Position numbers and translations under genes: made by a program
Assembly: GCA_030390025.1 (NCBI GenBank)
Contig: JASTWF010000070.1
Location: forward strand, 248,001-312,000
Direction: 5' to 3'
DNA length: 64,000 nucleotides
Source of the DNA: Squalus acanthias
Lineage: Eukaryota
Shown: piece by piece, positions 49,601-63,005 of the stretch
How positions within the stretch are numbered: the stretch's first letter is position 1
Layout: every line of letters begins with the position of its first letter
Notes under the pieces: generated by a model
Seen by the model: only the letters and a program-made list of their open reading frames with translations
The model's database searches: none
What the model was told of the DNA's origin: nothing

Positions 49601-52600
49601 GTAACTTAACTTGCAATGTAAAGCCACAGAGACTCCCAACAAACTCCTAAACAATCTCAAACTAAGGAGCTTAAGATGATTAAAGTTGATAGAAAATAGA
49701 GAGACTTGGATTTCTATAGCGCCTTTCACCACCACCGGACTTCCCAATGCGCTTTACACCAATGATGTATTTTCTGAGGTGTGGTCACTGATGTAGTGTA
49801 GGAAACGCAGAGGCCAATTTGCACACAGCAAGCTCCCACAAAGACCAATGTGATAATGACCAGATCATTTGTTTTCTAGTGATGCTGTTTGAGGGATAAC
49901 TATTGGCCAGGACACCAGGGTGAACTCCCCTGCGTTTCCTTGAAATATTGCCATTGCATCTTTTAAGTCAACTTGAGAGGGCAGACAGGGCCTCAGTTTA
50001 ATGCCTCATCTGAAAGACGGCAGCTCTGACAGTGCAGCGCTCCCTCAATACTGCACTGGGAGCGTCGGCCTAGATTTTTGTGCTCAAGTCTCCAGAATGA
50101 GACTTGAGTACACAAACTTCTGACTCAAAGGCGAAGGTGCTACCAACTCCTTTAAATGGAGAGAAAAACATTCCTCTGGTGGGAGGAGTCCAGAACAAGG
50201 GGGCATAACCTTAAAATTAGAGCCAGGCCGTTCAGGGGTGATATCAGGAAGCAGCTCTTCACACAATGGTCATTGGAAATCTGGAACTCTCTCTCCCAAA
50301 AAGTGTTCAGGCTGGGGGTGAATTGAAAATTTCAAAACTGAGATTGATAGATTTTTGTTGGGTAAGGGTATTAAGGGTTAAGGAACCAGGGCGGGTAGAT
50401 GGAGTTAAGGTACAGATCAGCCGTGATCTCATTGATTGGCCTCCTCCTGGGCCTCATATGAACATAAGAAATAAGAGCAGGAGTCGGCCATACGGCCCCT
50501 CGAGCCTGCTCCTCCATTCAATAAGATCATGTCTGATCATCGACCTCAACTCCACTTTCCCGACGTCAACCATATCCTTTGATTCCCCTAGAGTCCAAAA
50601 ATATATCTATCTCAGCCTTGAATATATTCAAAGACTGATCATCCACAGCCCTCTGGGGTAGAGAATTCCAAAGATTCACAACCCTCTGCGTGAAGAAATT
50701 CCTCCTCATCTCGGTCTTAAATGGCTGACCCCTTATCCTGAGACTATGCCCCCTAGTTCTTAACACTCTAGCCAGGGGAAACTCTCAGCATCTACCCTGT
50801 CAATCCACTTCAGAATCTTGTATGTTTCAATGAGATCCCCTCTCATTCATCTAAACTCCAGAGAGTATAGGCCCATTCTACACAATCTCTCATCATAGGA
50901 CAGCCCTCTCATCCCAGGAATCAATCTAGTGAACCTTCGTTGCACCGCCTCCAAGGCCAGTATATCCTTCCTTAGACAAGGAGACCAAAACTTAGCACAG
51001 CAGACCAAAATTGTGCACAGTTTAGTGGTTGATCTGAAAGTCGGCAGATCTGACAGTGCAGCGCTTCCTCAATACTGCACTGGGATTGTCCGCCTAGATT
51101 TGTGTGCTCAAGTCTCTGGAGCGAAACTTGATCCCACCACTGTCTGACTCAGACGTCTCTCCTTTGGATAGAGAAAAAATATTTCCTCTGGTGGGGGGAG
51201 TCCAGAACAGGATCCTGACCTTAAAATTAGAGACAGACCGTTCAGGGGTGATGGCAGGAGGCACTTCTTCACACAAAGTGCCATGGAAATCTGGAACTCT
51301 CTCCCTGCAAAAGCCATGAGGTTGGGGCTCAATTGATAATTTCAACTCTGAGATTGATAGATTTTTGTTGCTTAAGGGTATTAAGGGTTACGGAACCAGG
51401 GCGGGTAGATGGAGTTAAGATACAGATCAGCCGTGATCTCATTGAATGGCGGAACAGGCTGGAGGAGCTGAATGGCCTCGTCCTGTTCCTATGTTACTAT
51501 CTCTGTGTACTCGCCAGGATTTACGTAGAATGTATTGCTTTTTCAAACACCGTTTAGCGTATTCTAAAGATAATCCAGTGTATCAGTACGATGGCGGTGT
51601 GCAACTAACTTTAAACAACGAGGACTTTGAGGTCTCGCATTTTTCTGCACTTTTTGCCTTGACTGGTGCCACTGTAGCAAGTTAGTGACCAGTTTTTTGG
51701 AAATTTCCCTCAAGCAAATTAATAAAAGTTTTCCTAAAGTAGAACAATGCACTAGAAGTCTAAAATCATAGAATGGTTACAGCACAGAAGGTGGCCATTC
51801 GGCCCGTCGAGCCCGTGCCGGCTCTCCACAAGAGCACTTCTGCTAGTCCCACTCCCCGCGCCCTTTCCCCATAGCCCTGCAAATTTCTTTCCTTCAGATA
51901 CTTTTCCAATTCCCCTTTGAAAGCCACGATTGGGTCTGCCTCCACCACCCTTTCAGGCAGTGCATTCCAGATCCTAACCACTCGCTGCGTAAAGAGGTTT
52001 TTCCTCATGTCGCCTCTGTTTTTTGCCAATCACCTTAAATCCGTGTCCTCTGGTTCTCGGCCCTTCTGCCAATGGGAACAGTTTCTCTCTATCTACTCTG
52101 TCTAAACCCCTCACGATTTCGAACACCTCTATCAAATCTCCTCTCAACTTTCTCTGCTCTAAGGAGAACAAGCCCAGCTTCTCCAGTCTATCCATGGAAC
52201 TGAAGTCCCTCATCACTGAAATTGATGAATTGTTATTTTGTAATTAGATTCTGTCATGATTTTTAGGAATGAGAAGAGAATTTATCCCAGCGAGATGATG
52301 GGTATGATAAATATGTGTCCAAACATCCTGCCACCTAATAGGCCATTAAGTCCCTCAAATAATTTCTTGATTTTAGTAGATATTTATGTTGGTCGCTAGG
52401 GGCGCTGTGTCGCGAGTTTCCATTCAGTGTATATTAAAACCAGGCCCCACCATTCGGAGTACTTTGCATTTTGACCAACTTACCTTAGGCTAATTAAGTT
52501 AGCGGGACTGATTGATTAACGGGATATTAATTTTGCTTATTTCTTGAGAGGTTTTGTTCACGCCCGTTATATTTCTGAAATAAAAGGTTGGGGAACCGTG

Positions 52601-55088
52601 TTCTTCCCCACAGTACAGTCGTGATTCACACTGAAGTAGGATAAGTAAACCACTGCATGTTCAGGTGTTAGCAGTGGTGCAGTTGCTAGCACTCTCGCCT
52701 CTTGACTTGGAAGTTTGTGGGTCCAACTCCCAGTCCAGATTTCAGGATGTCCCAAAACGTTTAGAGACAAGGCAATACTTTTAAAGTGTAGTCACTGTCG
52801 TAATGTAGGAAACGCTGCAGCCATATTGCGCACAGCAAGCTCCCAAACAGCAACGTTTTAGTTTCCAGATAATCTGTTTCAGTGATATTGGTTGAGGGAT
52901 AAATATTTACCAGGTGAACCCCAGCTCTTCTTCGAAATAGTGCCGTGGCATATTTTACGGCCACACGAGAAAGCAGACGGGGCATCGGTTTAACATCTCA
53001 TCCGAAAGGCGGCACCTCCGACAGTGCGGCGCTCCCTCAGTACCGGCACTGGGTTATCAGCCTGGATTATGTGCTCAAACCTCTGGAGTGGGACTTGAAC
53101 CCACTACCTTCTGACTCAGAGGCGAACAGGGAAGGTAGTTATATTCTGTAACTGTTGAATTGATCGCTCTCCGAACAGAGATATCAACCACAATGTCATT
53201 TGAGGACAGAAGATCCACTACTGAATCGAACAACACCTGGCCATACTTGGGAAGGCGTGAACCCCTCCGATAATACCTGGGAGAAGTTTTCTAAAAATTG
53301 TTCTTGTGAATAAAATGCAATCCACAATAAATGAATGCCTATCGGTATCTGTACACGTGTGTTTAAAGACAACGTGCACCTTGTGCAATAGAAAGTGTTG
53401 CAGAAATCTATTCTATTCCACAATTTGAGAAATATCCAGCAATGACACATTGCAGTAATTCGAAAATATTTTAAGCATGACTGGAATTGTTGGTAACCAT
53501 GTTCTGCTGGAGCTTGCTTGATGGTGTGAGGGAGTTGAGGAGAAAATTCCCGAGATCTTTTCTTCTGGAATTCATTAGTTTAGCATCACTGACGGTTGTA
53601 AGGTGAGGTTTACATCCAATGGATATGGTTAGCATTCATTACCTGATGGCCGAACCACACCTTTCTATTAATTCATGATGGTTTTGTGTGCAATCATTGC
53701 TTGCATTTAATTGAAAAATTTGTTGTCGCGAATATTCTTGATTGAATGATGCTTATTCCCCAATTTTTGTTTCTGGAATCGTGATGAAGTTTTTAGATAT
53801 GTGTGAATCACAATATCAAAGCAAAATTGTAAACTGTGTCTCATTGTACTTCCTGCGCATGTTCGCTGAGCTATCAGAGAGAAAGAGAAAGAGAGAGAGA
53901 GAGACAGAGACAGAGAGAGAGAGAGAGAGTTGCTATAGTTTGGGTCATGAGTTCTGTTGGCTGTAGTTCGGACAGGCTCACTTTAAATAGACTCTGCAGA
54001 CTGTTTGCTGCACTGCGCTGTTTAAATAGACTCTGTTTGCTCAGCAAATAGAGTTTGTTTGCTGTAAAATAGGCTTTTTGCTGTGAGTCCTGCCTTAAGT
54101 CACGACCCAACTCCAACAACAACAACTGTTACTTACGTAGTGCTCTTAAAGTAGTAAATGTCGCAAGGTGCTTCGCAAGAGTATGTCACAAAAATGGACT
54201 CCAATCCACATAAGAACTAACGATATATTAGGGCAGATAAGCAAAAGCTTGGTCAAAGATGTAGGTTTGAAGGAGCGTGTTAGAGGACTAGAGAGAGGTC
54301 GGGAGGTGGAGAGGTTTAGGGAGGGAATTCCTGAGCTTAGGGCACAGGCAGCTCAAAGCACAGCCGGCACTGGTTGAGAGATTATATTGGGGATTTTCGA
54401 TAGGCCAGAATTAGAGGAGCACAGATATCTCGGAGGGCTGTGGGGCTGGAGGAAATTACAGACGTAGGGATACTGAGGCCATGGGGGAATTTGAAAAGAA
54501 GGATGAGAAATTTAAAATCGAGGTGTTGCTTAAATGGGAGCCAATGTAGGTCAGGGAGCACAGGGTGATCATTGAACAGGTGTTGGTGCGAATTAGGAGA
54601 CGGGCAGCCACGTTTTGGATGACCTCAAGTTTACGGAGTGTAGAAAGTGTTGGCCGGCCAGAAGTGATTTGGAATATTCAAGTGTAGAGGTCACAAAGGC
54701 ACGGATGAGGGTTTCAGCAGGAGATGAGCTGAGGCAAGGGCGGAGATGAGCGATTTTACGGAGGTGGAAATAGGCAGTCTTAGTTATGGTGCAGATATGT
54801 GGTCGGAAGATCATCTTAGGGTCAGATATGACAACACGATTGTGAACAGTCTGGTTCTGCCAGGGAGAGGGATGGAGTCCATGGCGAGGGAATGGAATTC
54901 CTGGCGGGGACCAAATCCATATGCTTCGGTCATCCCAATATTTAGTTGGAGTAAATTTCTGCTCATCCAGTGCTGGATGTTGGACAAACAGTGTGACAAT
55001 TTAGAGACAGTGGATGGGTCGAGAGAGGTGGTGGTGAGGGAAATCTGACACAGTGGTGTCAATAGACGCGCTGACTTGGCTATTGGCC

Positions 55089-57180
55089 ATAGAAACATAG
55101 AAACATAGAAAAATAGGAGCAGGAGTAGGCCATTCGGCCCTTCGAGCCTGCTCCGCCATTCAATATGATCATGGCTGATCCTCTATCTACCATATTCCCG
55201 CTCTCTCCCCATACCCCTTGATGCCTTTTGTGTCTAGAAATCTATCTATCTCCTTCTTAAATATATTCAGTGACTTGGCCTCCACAGCCATCTGTGGTAG
55301 AGAATTCCACAGCTTCACTACCCTCTGAGTGAAGAAATTTCTCCTCATCTCAGTCCTAAATGTCCTACCCCGTATCCTGAGATTGTGACCCCTCGTTCTA
55401 CACCCCCCAGCCAGGGGAAACATCCTCCCTGCATCCAGTCTGTCTAGCCCTGTCAGAATTTTATACGTTTCAATGAGATCCCTACTCATTCTTCTAAACT
55501 CTAGTTAATACAGGCCTAGTCAACCCAATCTCTCCTCATACGACAGTCCTGCCATCCCAGGAATCAGTCTGGTGAACCTTCGCTGCACTCCCTCTATGGA
55601 AATATATCCTTTCTTAGACAAGAAGACCAAAACTGCACACAGTACTCCAGGTATGGTCTCACCAAGGCCCTCTATAACTGCAGAAAGACATCCTTGCTCC
55701 TGTATTAAATCCTCTTGCAATGAAGGCCAACATACTATTTGCCTTCCTAACTGCTTGCTGAACCTGCATGTTTGCTTTCAGTGGCTGGTGTACAAGGACA
55801 CCCAAGTCCCTCTGTACATCAACATTTCCCAATCTATCACCATTTAAATAATACTCTGCCTTTCTGTTTTTCCTGCCGAAGTGGATAACTTCACATTTAT
55901 CCACGTTATACTGCACCTGCCATGTATTTGCCCACTCACTCAACTTGTCTAAATCGCCTTGAAGCCTCTTTGCATTCACCTCACAACTCACAGCCCCACC
56001 TAGTTCGTGTCGTCAGCAAACTTGGAAATATTAATTTGGTTCCCTCATCCAAATCACTGATATATATTGTGAATAGCTGGGGCCCAAGCACTGATCCGTG
56101 CGGTACCCCACTAGTCACCACCTGCCACCCCGAAAAAGACCCATTTATTCCTACTCTCTGTTTCCTGTTTCTTAAACAATTTACAATCCATGCCTGTATA
56201 TTATCCCAAATCTCATGTGCTTTAATTTTGCACATTAACCTCTTAAGTGGGACTTTATCAAAGACCTTCTGAAAATCCAAATACACCACTTCCGCTGGTT
56301 CTCCCTTAGCTATTCTACCAGTTACATCCTCAAAAACTCCAGTAGGTTTGTCAAACACGATTTCCCTTTCATAAATCCATGTCGACTTTGTCTAATCTAG
56401 TTGATATTTTCTAAGTGTCCTGTAATCACTTCCTTAATAATAGACTCTGGCATTTTCCCTACTACTGATGTTCGGCGAACTTGTCTGCAGTTGCCTGTTT
56501 TCACTCTCGCTCCTTTTTTAAGTAGTGGGGTTACATTTGCCACCCTCCAATCTGCAGGAACTGTTCTATAATCTATAGAATTTTGTAAGATAACAACCAA
56601 TGCATCCACTAATTCCATGGCTAGCTCTTTTAGTACTCTGGGATACAGAGTATCAGGCCCTGGGGATTTATCAGCTTTCAGTCCCATTAATTTCTCCAGC
56701 ATTAGTTTTTTACGAATACTAATTTCCTTTAATTCCCCCTTCTCAATGGACCCTTGGTTCCCTACCATTTCTGGGAAGTTATTTGTTTCCTCTTCCATGA
56801 AGACAGAACCAAAGTATTTGTTTAATTACTCTGCCATTCCCTTGATCCCCATTATAACTTCTGCCGTTTCTGACTGTAAGGGACCTATATTTGTCTTCAC
56901 TAATCTTTTTTCTTTTTACATAATTGTAGAAGCTTTTACAGTCCGCTTTTATGTTCCTTGAAAGTTTACTCTCATATTCTATTTTTCCCCTCTCAATCAA
57001 TCTCTTGGTCCTTTTTTGCTGAATTCTAACCTGTTCCCCATCCTCAGGCTTGCTAATTCTTCTGGCAACTTGATATGATTCCTCTTTGGTCCTAATACTA
57101 TACTAAATTTCTTTTGTTAGCCAAGGTTGGGCCGCTTTCCCTTTTGTGTTTTTGCGTCAGAATGGAATGTGTTACTGTCT
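55089..57180 (-). mobile_element. 5'-truncated CR1 LINE inserted upstream of IgL copy 2
   Basis: RT fragments and an (atagaaac)n tail. It splits the sequence that is contiguous at about 10085-10112 in copy 1. Confidence 0.93.
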
Positions 57181-58497
57181 ATGTGGAACTACAGTTCCCA
57201 AGGTGCAGTGCGCGGTGCGGCCCGTGCTCTGCGATGATTGGTTCTCCAGTCAGCCGTGTCACTGTCAACAGTGACAAAGCTCTTGGGACCTGTGCAAGGT
57301 TGAGAGAGCAGCTCCAGTCACAGCGCCAAAGCCCCTTTAATAATTTTAACAGACCAGAGGAATCAGTGATCAGTTCAAGCGCAGAAACAGAACCAAGCAC
57401 CTGGGGTTCACCGAAAAGCCCCTTGTCCAGGTGAGAACCAATCGCTGCCCGAATTCAGTGCCGGCTACTCCAGGAGGCGAGAATCCCTCCGGCCCCTCTG
57501 TGTGTTTTACTAAGGAACAGGGGAATATCTAACTTCACAGTTACACAATTCAAATATTTATTAAACAAAAAATATGAATCCTTTGACTCAAATATCTCGA
57601 GACAACCCATTTATTAATAATGTGCTGTATTGTTCTTTCCCCTTTAAGTAACTGACACTAACCAGTTTCAATCTGACTTTTAAAAACATTAACCAAGACT
57701 CAGTGTGGGGAGTTAGGGATTGACTCCAAACAGGGGAAATGTTCAACATCACAGAGCCCCAGAAACAACTGACCCCGCCGCTTAATAATTCAACTGGAAC
57801 AGGGTTAAAAACGGGAACTGCGCGCATTAATCGGACCCGCAGCAAATTAAAGGCAAGGTGTAATTTTATTAATATTGTGCCGAGTTTTATTTGTCCTCCT
57901 GAGTTTTAAAGGGGATGACTCAGAGTATAATTGAACAACTTCTCGTTAATCGGGGGCAGTGTGTAAAATGCCGCTTTCTTCCCCTCTTTCTCATTCATCT
58001 AATTCGCTCTTCACTCCGCCTCAGGAATATTCTCATCAGAAATGTATTTACAGACTGAAGCCCAAATCATATTTGTCAATCGAAACCCCAATTTTAAAGG
58101 GATTTACAAATCCAGGGTTGTCTTGCTGCTGATTTGAGAAAGGGCCGTTAGTCTATTATGAAATACGAATTTTAGGGGGAAAAGATTATTTTAAAATCTG
58201 TTGCAGTATATCAGAGAGTAACAGCGCGTTATTAGAACGATTCCGGCTGAAGTGCATCAGCTGATCCGTATCTCTACAACCGCCCCTCATTTTTCTGGGT
58301 TAGAACACAGACTTAATATTCATTAAACGCAAAAATCTTCGGAATCTTGGAACATTCATTGAACAGAACGGCCAATTGGAGATTAAACATTTGTGTATTA
58401 AACGTTTAAGATTTTAATAATTTAATCAGCCCCAAATAGATTTTAAAAATCCCAAATTAAAAATCTGCCTCCTTCCTTTTCGGGGCCCCTCCCAGCC

Positions 58498-58520
58498 ATT
58501 TGCATACCGGGTAATAAATA
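58498..58520 (+). promoter_or_regulatory. IgL V promoter: octamer plus TATA-like element (copy 2)
   Basis: ATTTGCAT at 58498-58505, then TAATAAATA. Confidence 0.85.
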
Positions 58521-58637
58521 GACTCGGAGTCTCGGGTTTGCAGACATTGTAACCGGACCGTGTCCCGGAATTTACAGGAACAGCGCACGGTTCAGTCGGA
58601 AATTTGAGCGGTGGCTGTTGGCGCTTCTCCGGAGGAA

Positions 58638-58686
58638 ATGGCTGCAGCGATGCATCTCCTGTGGGCTCTGCTGATCCATTTAACAG
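58638..58686 (+). CDS. IgL copy 2 leader exon
   Basis: MAAAMHLLWALLIHLT(G)|gtgaga. Confidence 0.9.
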
Positions 58687-58838
58687 GTGAGAGACGGATG
58701 GTTTTAGTCACGGGTTTATCCGCAACTAAATCGGTTCAATACCGAGAATCGGGCGGTTTTCTATCGATGTTTATTGAAGCATTAATATCCTATTTGTTCC
58801 AAGTCTCTGAATGGGTTGATTTTTTTCTTTTATTGAAG

Positions 58839-59192
58839 GTGTCCTGGCGGCTCCCGTTCTCAATCAGTCCCCAATATCGAATCCTGTCTCCGCGGTTCAG
58901 ACCGCCCGGTTAAAGTGTTCGATAGAGAACGGGGCTGTGGGCAGCAAGCATGTGGACTGGAACCGACAGCGACCCGGGGAAGCTCCGGTGAGGGTGGTAA
59001 GATATGAAACAAATAATAATATATTCCGAGGCACCGGCTTCACAGACCGTTTTCAACCTTCCAGAGACGCTTCCGGTAACAGTTACATTCTGACCATCGG
59101 AACCCTTGTGCCCGGTGACTCCGCCGTCTATTACTGTGCTGTGTGGGACTCGGGATACATGTTCGGATCGGGGACCGTCCTGAGTATCAAGC
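58839..59192 (+). CDS. IgL copy 2 germline-joined VJ exon, in frame
   Basis: VLAAPVLNQSPISNPVSAVQTARLKCSIENGAVGSKHVDWNRQRPGEAPVRVVRYETNNNIFRGTGFTDRFQPSRDASGNSYILTIGTLVPGDSAVYYCAVWDSGYMFGSGTVLSIK(R)|gtaagt. No RSS. Confidence 0.9.
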
Positions 59193-62100
59193 GTAAGTGA
59201 CTCTCTCATTCTATCATTCACATTGTTTCAATTATTATTAATTTAATTTCGCTTCCTTTTCCGGTCGCCAGAGAAATCTCCATTCAGTGAATTTTGATGT
59301 TGGATCTATTTATACCCAAAAAATGTTAAACTGGTCAGAATTTGAATTGTTGAAGCGCCTCGGGGAATAATACTGCGCTGAAATGAAGTTTGACACGATT
59401 CCCTGCTCCCATTCAATAGGTCAGATGAGGAGAATTGTTCTTTTTACGCAGCGAGTTGTTGTGATCTGGAATGCGCTGCCTGAAAGGGCGGTGGAAGCAG
59501 ATTCAATAGTGACTTTCAAAAGGGAATTGGAGAAATACTTTGAAGTTATAAATTAACGTAAACAGTAAATAGGTTGTGATAAAACACTTGAGGAAGGATG
59601 TCAAGTCTTTGGAGAGGGTGCGGAGGAGATTTACTGGAATGGTTCCAGAGATGAGGGACTTCAGTTATGTGGAGAGACTGGAGAAGCTGGGATTGTTCTC
59701 CTCAGTGCAGAGAAGGTTAAGGGGAGATTTAATAGAGGTGTAAAAAATTAGGAATGGATTTGAAATAGTAAATAAGCAGAAACTGTTTCCACTGGCAGGA
59801 GGGTCGGTAACCAAAGGACACGAGTTATGATAATTGGCAAAAAAATCAGAGCCTACGTGAGGCGATTTTTTTTAAGCAGCGTGTTGTTGTGATCTGGAAC
59901 GCGCTGCCTGAAAGGGCGGTGGAAGCAGATTCAATAGTAACTTTCAAAAAAGTGAATTGGTTAAATACTAGAAAAGGATAAATGCGGAGCTTCAGCGAAA
60001 GAGCAGGGGAGTGGGAATAATTGGATAGCTCTATTGAAAGAGCCGGGACAAGCACGATGGGCTGAATGTCCTCAGAGGAGCACTGATTCATAATATAGTG
60101 ACAGAGGAACAGGAGGAGGCCCTTCAGCCACACGAGTCTGTGTGAAAAAGTCCTTCCCTCCTAAATGGCAGGGCTCTAATTTTAAGTTGATGTCCCCTGG
60201 TTCTTGATTCCCCGACCGGAGGAAATCGTTTATCTGTGTTTACCTGATCGGATCCTTTTTCACATTATAAACACCTCGATCAGATCACCTCTGAATTTTC
60301 TAAACTTAAAGGAATACAAGGCAAGTTTGTGCAACCCGTCCTCGTAATTTAACCCTCTAAGCCCTGGTAGCATTCGGGTGCAGCAAGAGACAGAGAGACA
60401 GAGAGAGAGAGGAAAGTTGTGAGCTACACTGTGAAGTTCCGACAGTGGACACTGGATATGTCACTATGTTACGCTGGGATTTGAAGGGGAGAAAATTGCA
60501 GGGCTGTGGGGAAAGAGCAGGGGAGTGGGACTAGTTGGAGAGCTCTTTCAAAGAGCCGGCACAGGCACGATGTGCCTAACGGCCTCCTTCTGTGCTGTAT
60601 GATTCGATGCTGTCCCTTACTTATTCCCTTAGTGCATGTGGAATTATTCCTATTGTCCAGAATCGGCACCGCGCGATTTTAAAAAGATTGCTCGGAGCCG
60701 GCGGGAGAGCCCCCGGGGGAATCCCAACCCATTTACCGTCATTTACAACTATCAATGTTGCTGCTGGTTTTATTCCTGTGGCGCATTGTCCCCCTCACCG
60801 CAGCCGTCGGGTGTCCGGCTCTGGGCTGGGAGAGAGAGAGGACCCTCCCGAGACCCGCTGTCCCAGCACACAACCGGTTGGATCGACTCCCTGTCGCCAG
60901 CAACACCGGAACTAGTCGGGATTGTATTCGTTTAACGGGACTGATTTTATTCTGAATTTCCTGTTCCGATATTTAATCTGTCTGAGCTCATTATTTGCAA
61001 TCTCCCCGTTGTTTATAGAGCAGAACCGGCGCTTTACCATGGAGCGGCGCAGTGACAATTACTGACCGTGTATGTGATTGAGACTGGGTGATGCTTGTTG
61101 AAGGGAACTTTCTCTCTATCTGATTCTCTCGCTGCTGACACTCTCCCTCCCCCAAGCTCTGTCTGCTGACTCTCCCTGTCCAGTGTCCCCCCGGGGGATA
61201 TCGCCGATTCTCCTGGGTTGAACTGTCGGGCCCGCTACCGCCCAGTGTTGAACGGATCGCTCCGGGAACAGCGAGACTGAGCTGATCCCGAGATAGAAAT
61301 CAGTTCACCCGCAGGAATTCTTACTTGCCTCTGTAGCGAAAATCTTTTACATTCCTTGGTTCCCTTTTTTACTAGAAATATCGAACAGTGAAAACCCTTC
61401 ATCAAACCGGGGAAAGAGAAGGCTGAAGGGTGACCGAATAGAGGTCTTTAAAATTATGAAACGTTTTGATAGAGTAGACACAGGGAGAATGTTTCCACTG
61501 GTGGGGAAGATCAAAACTAGCAGCCATCAATATAAGACAACACCAAGAAATCAAATAGGGATTTTTTTTACCCAGAGAGTGGTGAGAATGTGGAATTCGC
61601 AACAACACGGATTGATTGAGGAGAATAGTATAGATTTAAGGGGAGGCTAGATAAGCACATGAGGGAGAAGGGAATAGAGGGATATGCTGATAGTGTTAGA
61701 TGTGGAAGGATGGAAGGAGGCTGGAGTGGAGCATAAACGCCGACATGGATTGGTTGGGACGATTGTCTGTTTCTGTGCTGCATATTCTGTGTAATTCTAT
61801 GTAAAGCATTTACAATTTTGCTAAGCAGAGTCACTACATTAATTCCCAGCCCGTGTACAATGTCCTCTCTTTATTCAGTGAGCTGTTCAATACCCGGTAA
61901 CAGTCCCGGTTCAATTATCATCCCCGCAACATTTAAAGCAGATCAGTTTCTAACTCGCAATTCCAAAATAATATGAATCGCAAAAAAAACTCCGGAATCT
62001 TATGGAATGATACAGCAGAGAATGAGGCCATTCGGCCCATCGTGCCTGTGGCGGCTCTTTGAAAGGGCTGCATCAGTTTGAGATATCAGAACATATGTGG

Positions 62101-62676
62101 ACTCTCGGTGAAAAGCGGGTCACTGCTCCGTGATTTCACCACTTTAAAGTTAACACTGAACGGATTTTAAGACAATCAAACGCTTTATTATATTCAAGTA
62201 AAAAGTAAAAAAACTGCAATTGCAGAAATTTATTAAAAACAGACAATGCTAAGAATACACGGCCGGTCGGTCAGTGTCTGTAACGGGAACAGACAGGTTA
62301 GTGCGGTTCCGTGGGTGTAACCTGCACCTGAACTGGTCAGTTGCTAATCTTTCCGCCTCACACATGCTGACTGACCCGGTCTGTATTTCCAGCATTTTCT
62401 GTGTTTAGTTTACAAAAATTTCCGGAAGAATGAAATAAAGAAAGAAAGAATGAAGTACTTTTGAACCAAGTCACTTTTGTCATGTAGGCAGATGAATTGG
62501 CAGAGGAGCAGAGGACTTAAAGATTTAAGAATTTATTGGAACTCCTGTATTAATCAGTAATTTATTTTAAAGTGAATGTTGGTCGGGGGTTCTTTGGCGT
62601 CTTTGATTTCAGATCAGAGCGTCCCACTGGTGACGGATTCCATAAACTAATGAATTTTCTCTGCCCCCACACACAG

Positions 62677-63005
62677 GCAGCGAGGATCGAAGCCCCTCGG
62701 TTCTTCTCCTCCCTCCCTCCTCGGAAGAAATCGGCTCGGGATCGGCCACTCTGTCCTGCCTGGTCAGTCGCTTTAAGCCGGGCTTGGTGCGGCTCCGCTG
62801 GAGCGTGGATGGCCAAGAGACAGACAGCGGAGTGACGACAGGCGCCGTGTCCCCGGACAGCGATGAAACCTACAGCCTGAGCAGTCACCTGAGAGTCCCC
62901 GCCGCCGCCTGGAACAAGGGCTCCAGCTATTCCTGCAGCGTCAGCCACGGCTCCCTGAGCTCGCCTCTTCTCAAGACCATCAGCGCCTCCTCGTGTTCTG
63001 ACTGA
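62677..63005 (+). CDS. IgL copy 2 constant exon
   Basis: 329-nt intact C1 exon ending KTISASSCSD*. Confidence 0.93.

Noticed and set aside
52391-52407. CTCF-like ggtcgctaggggcgctg
   Set aside because: One G short of the core spacing.
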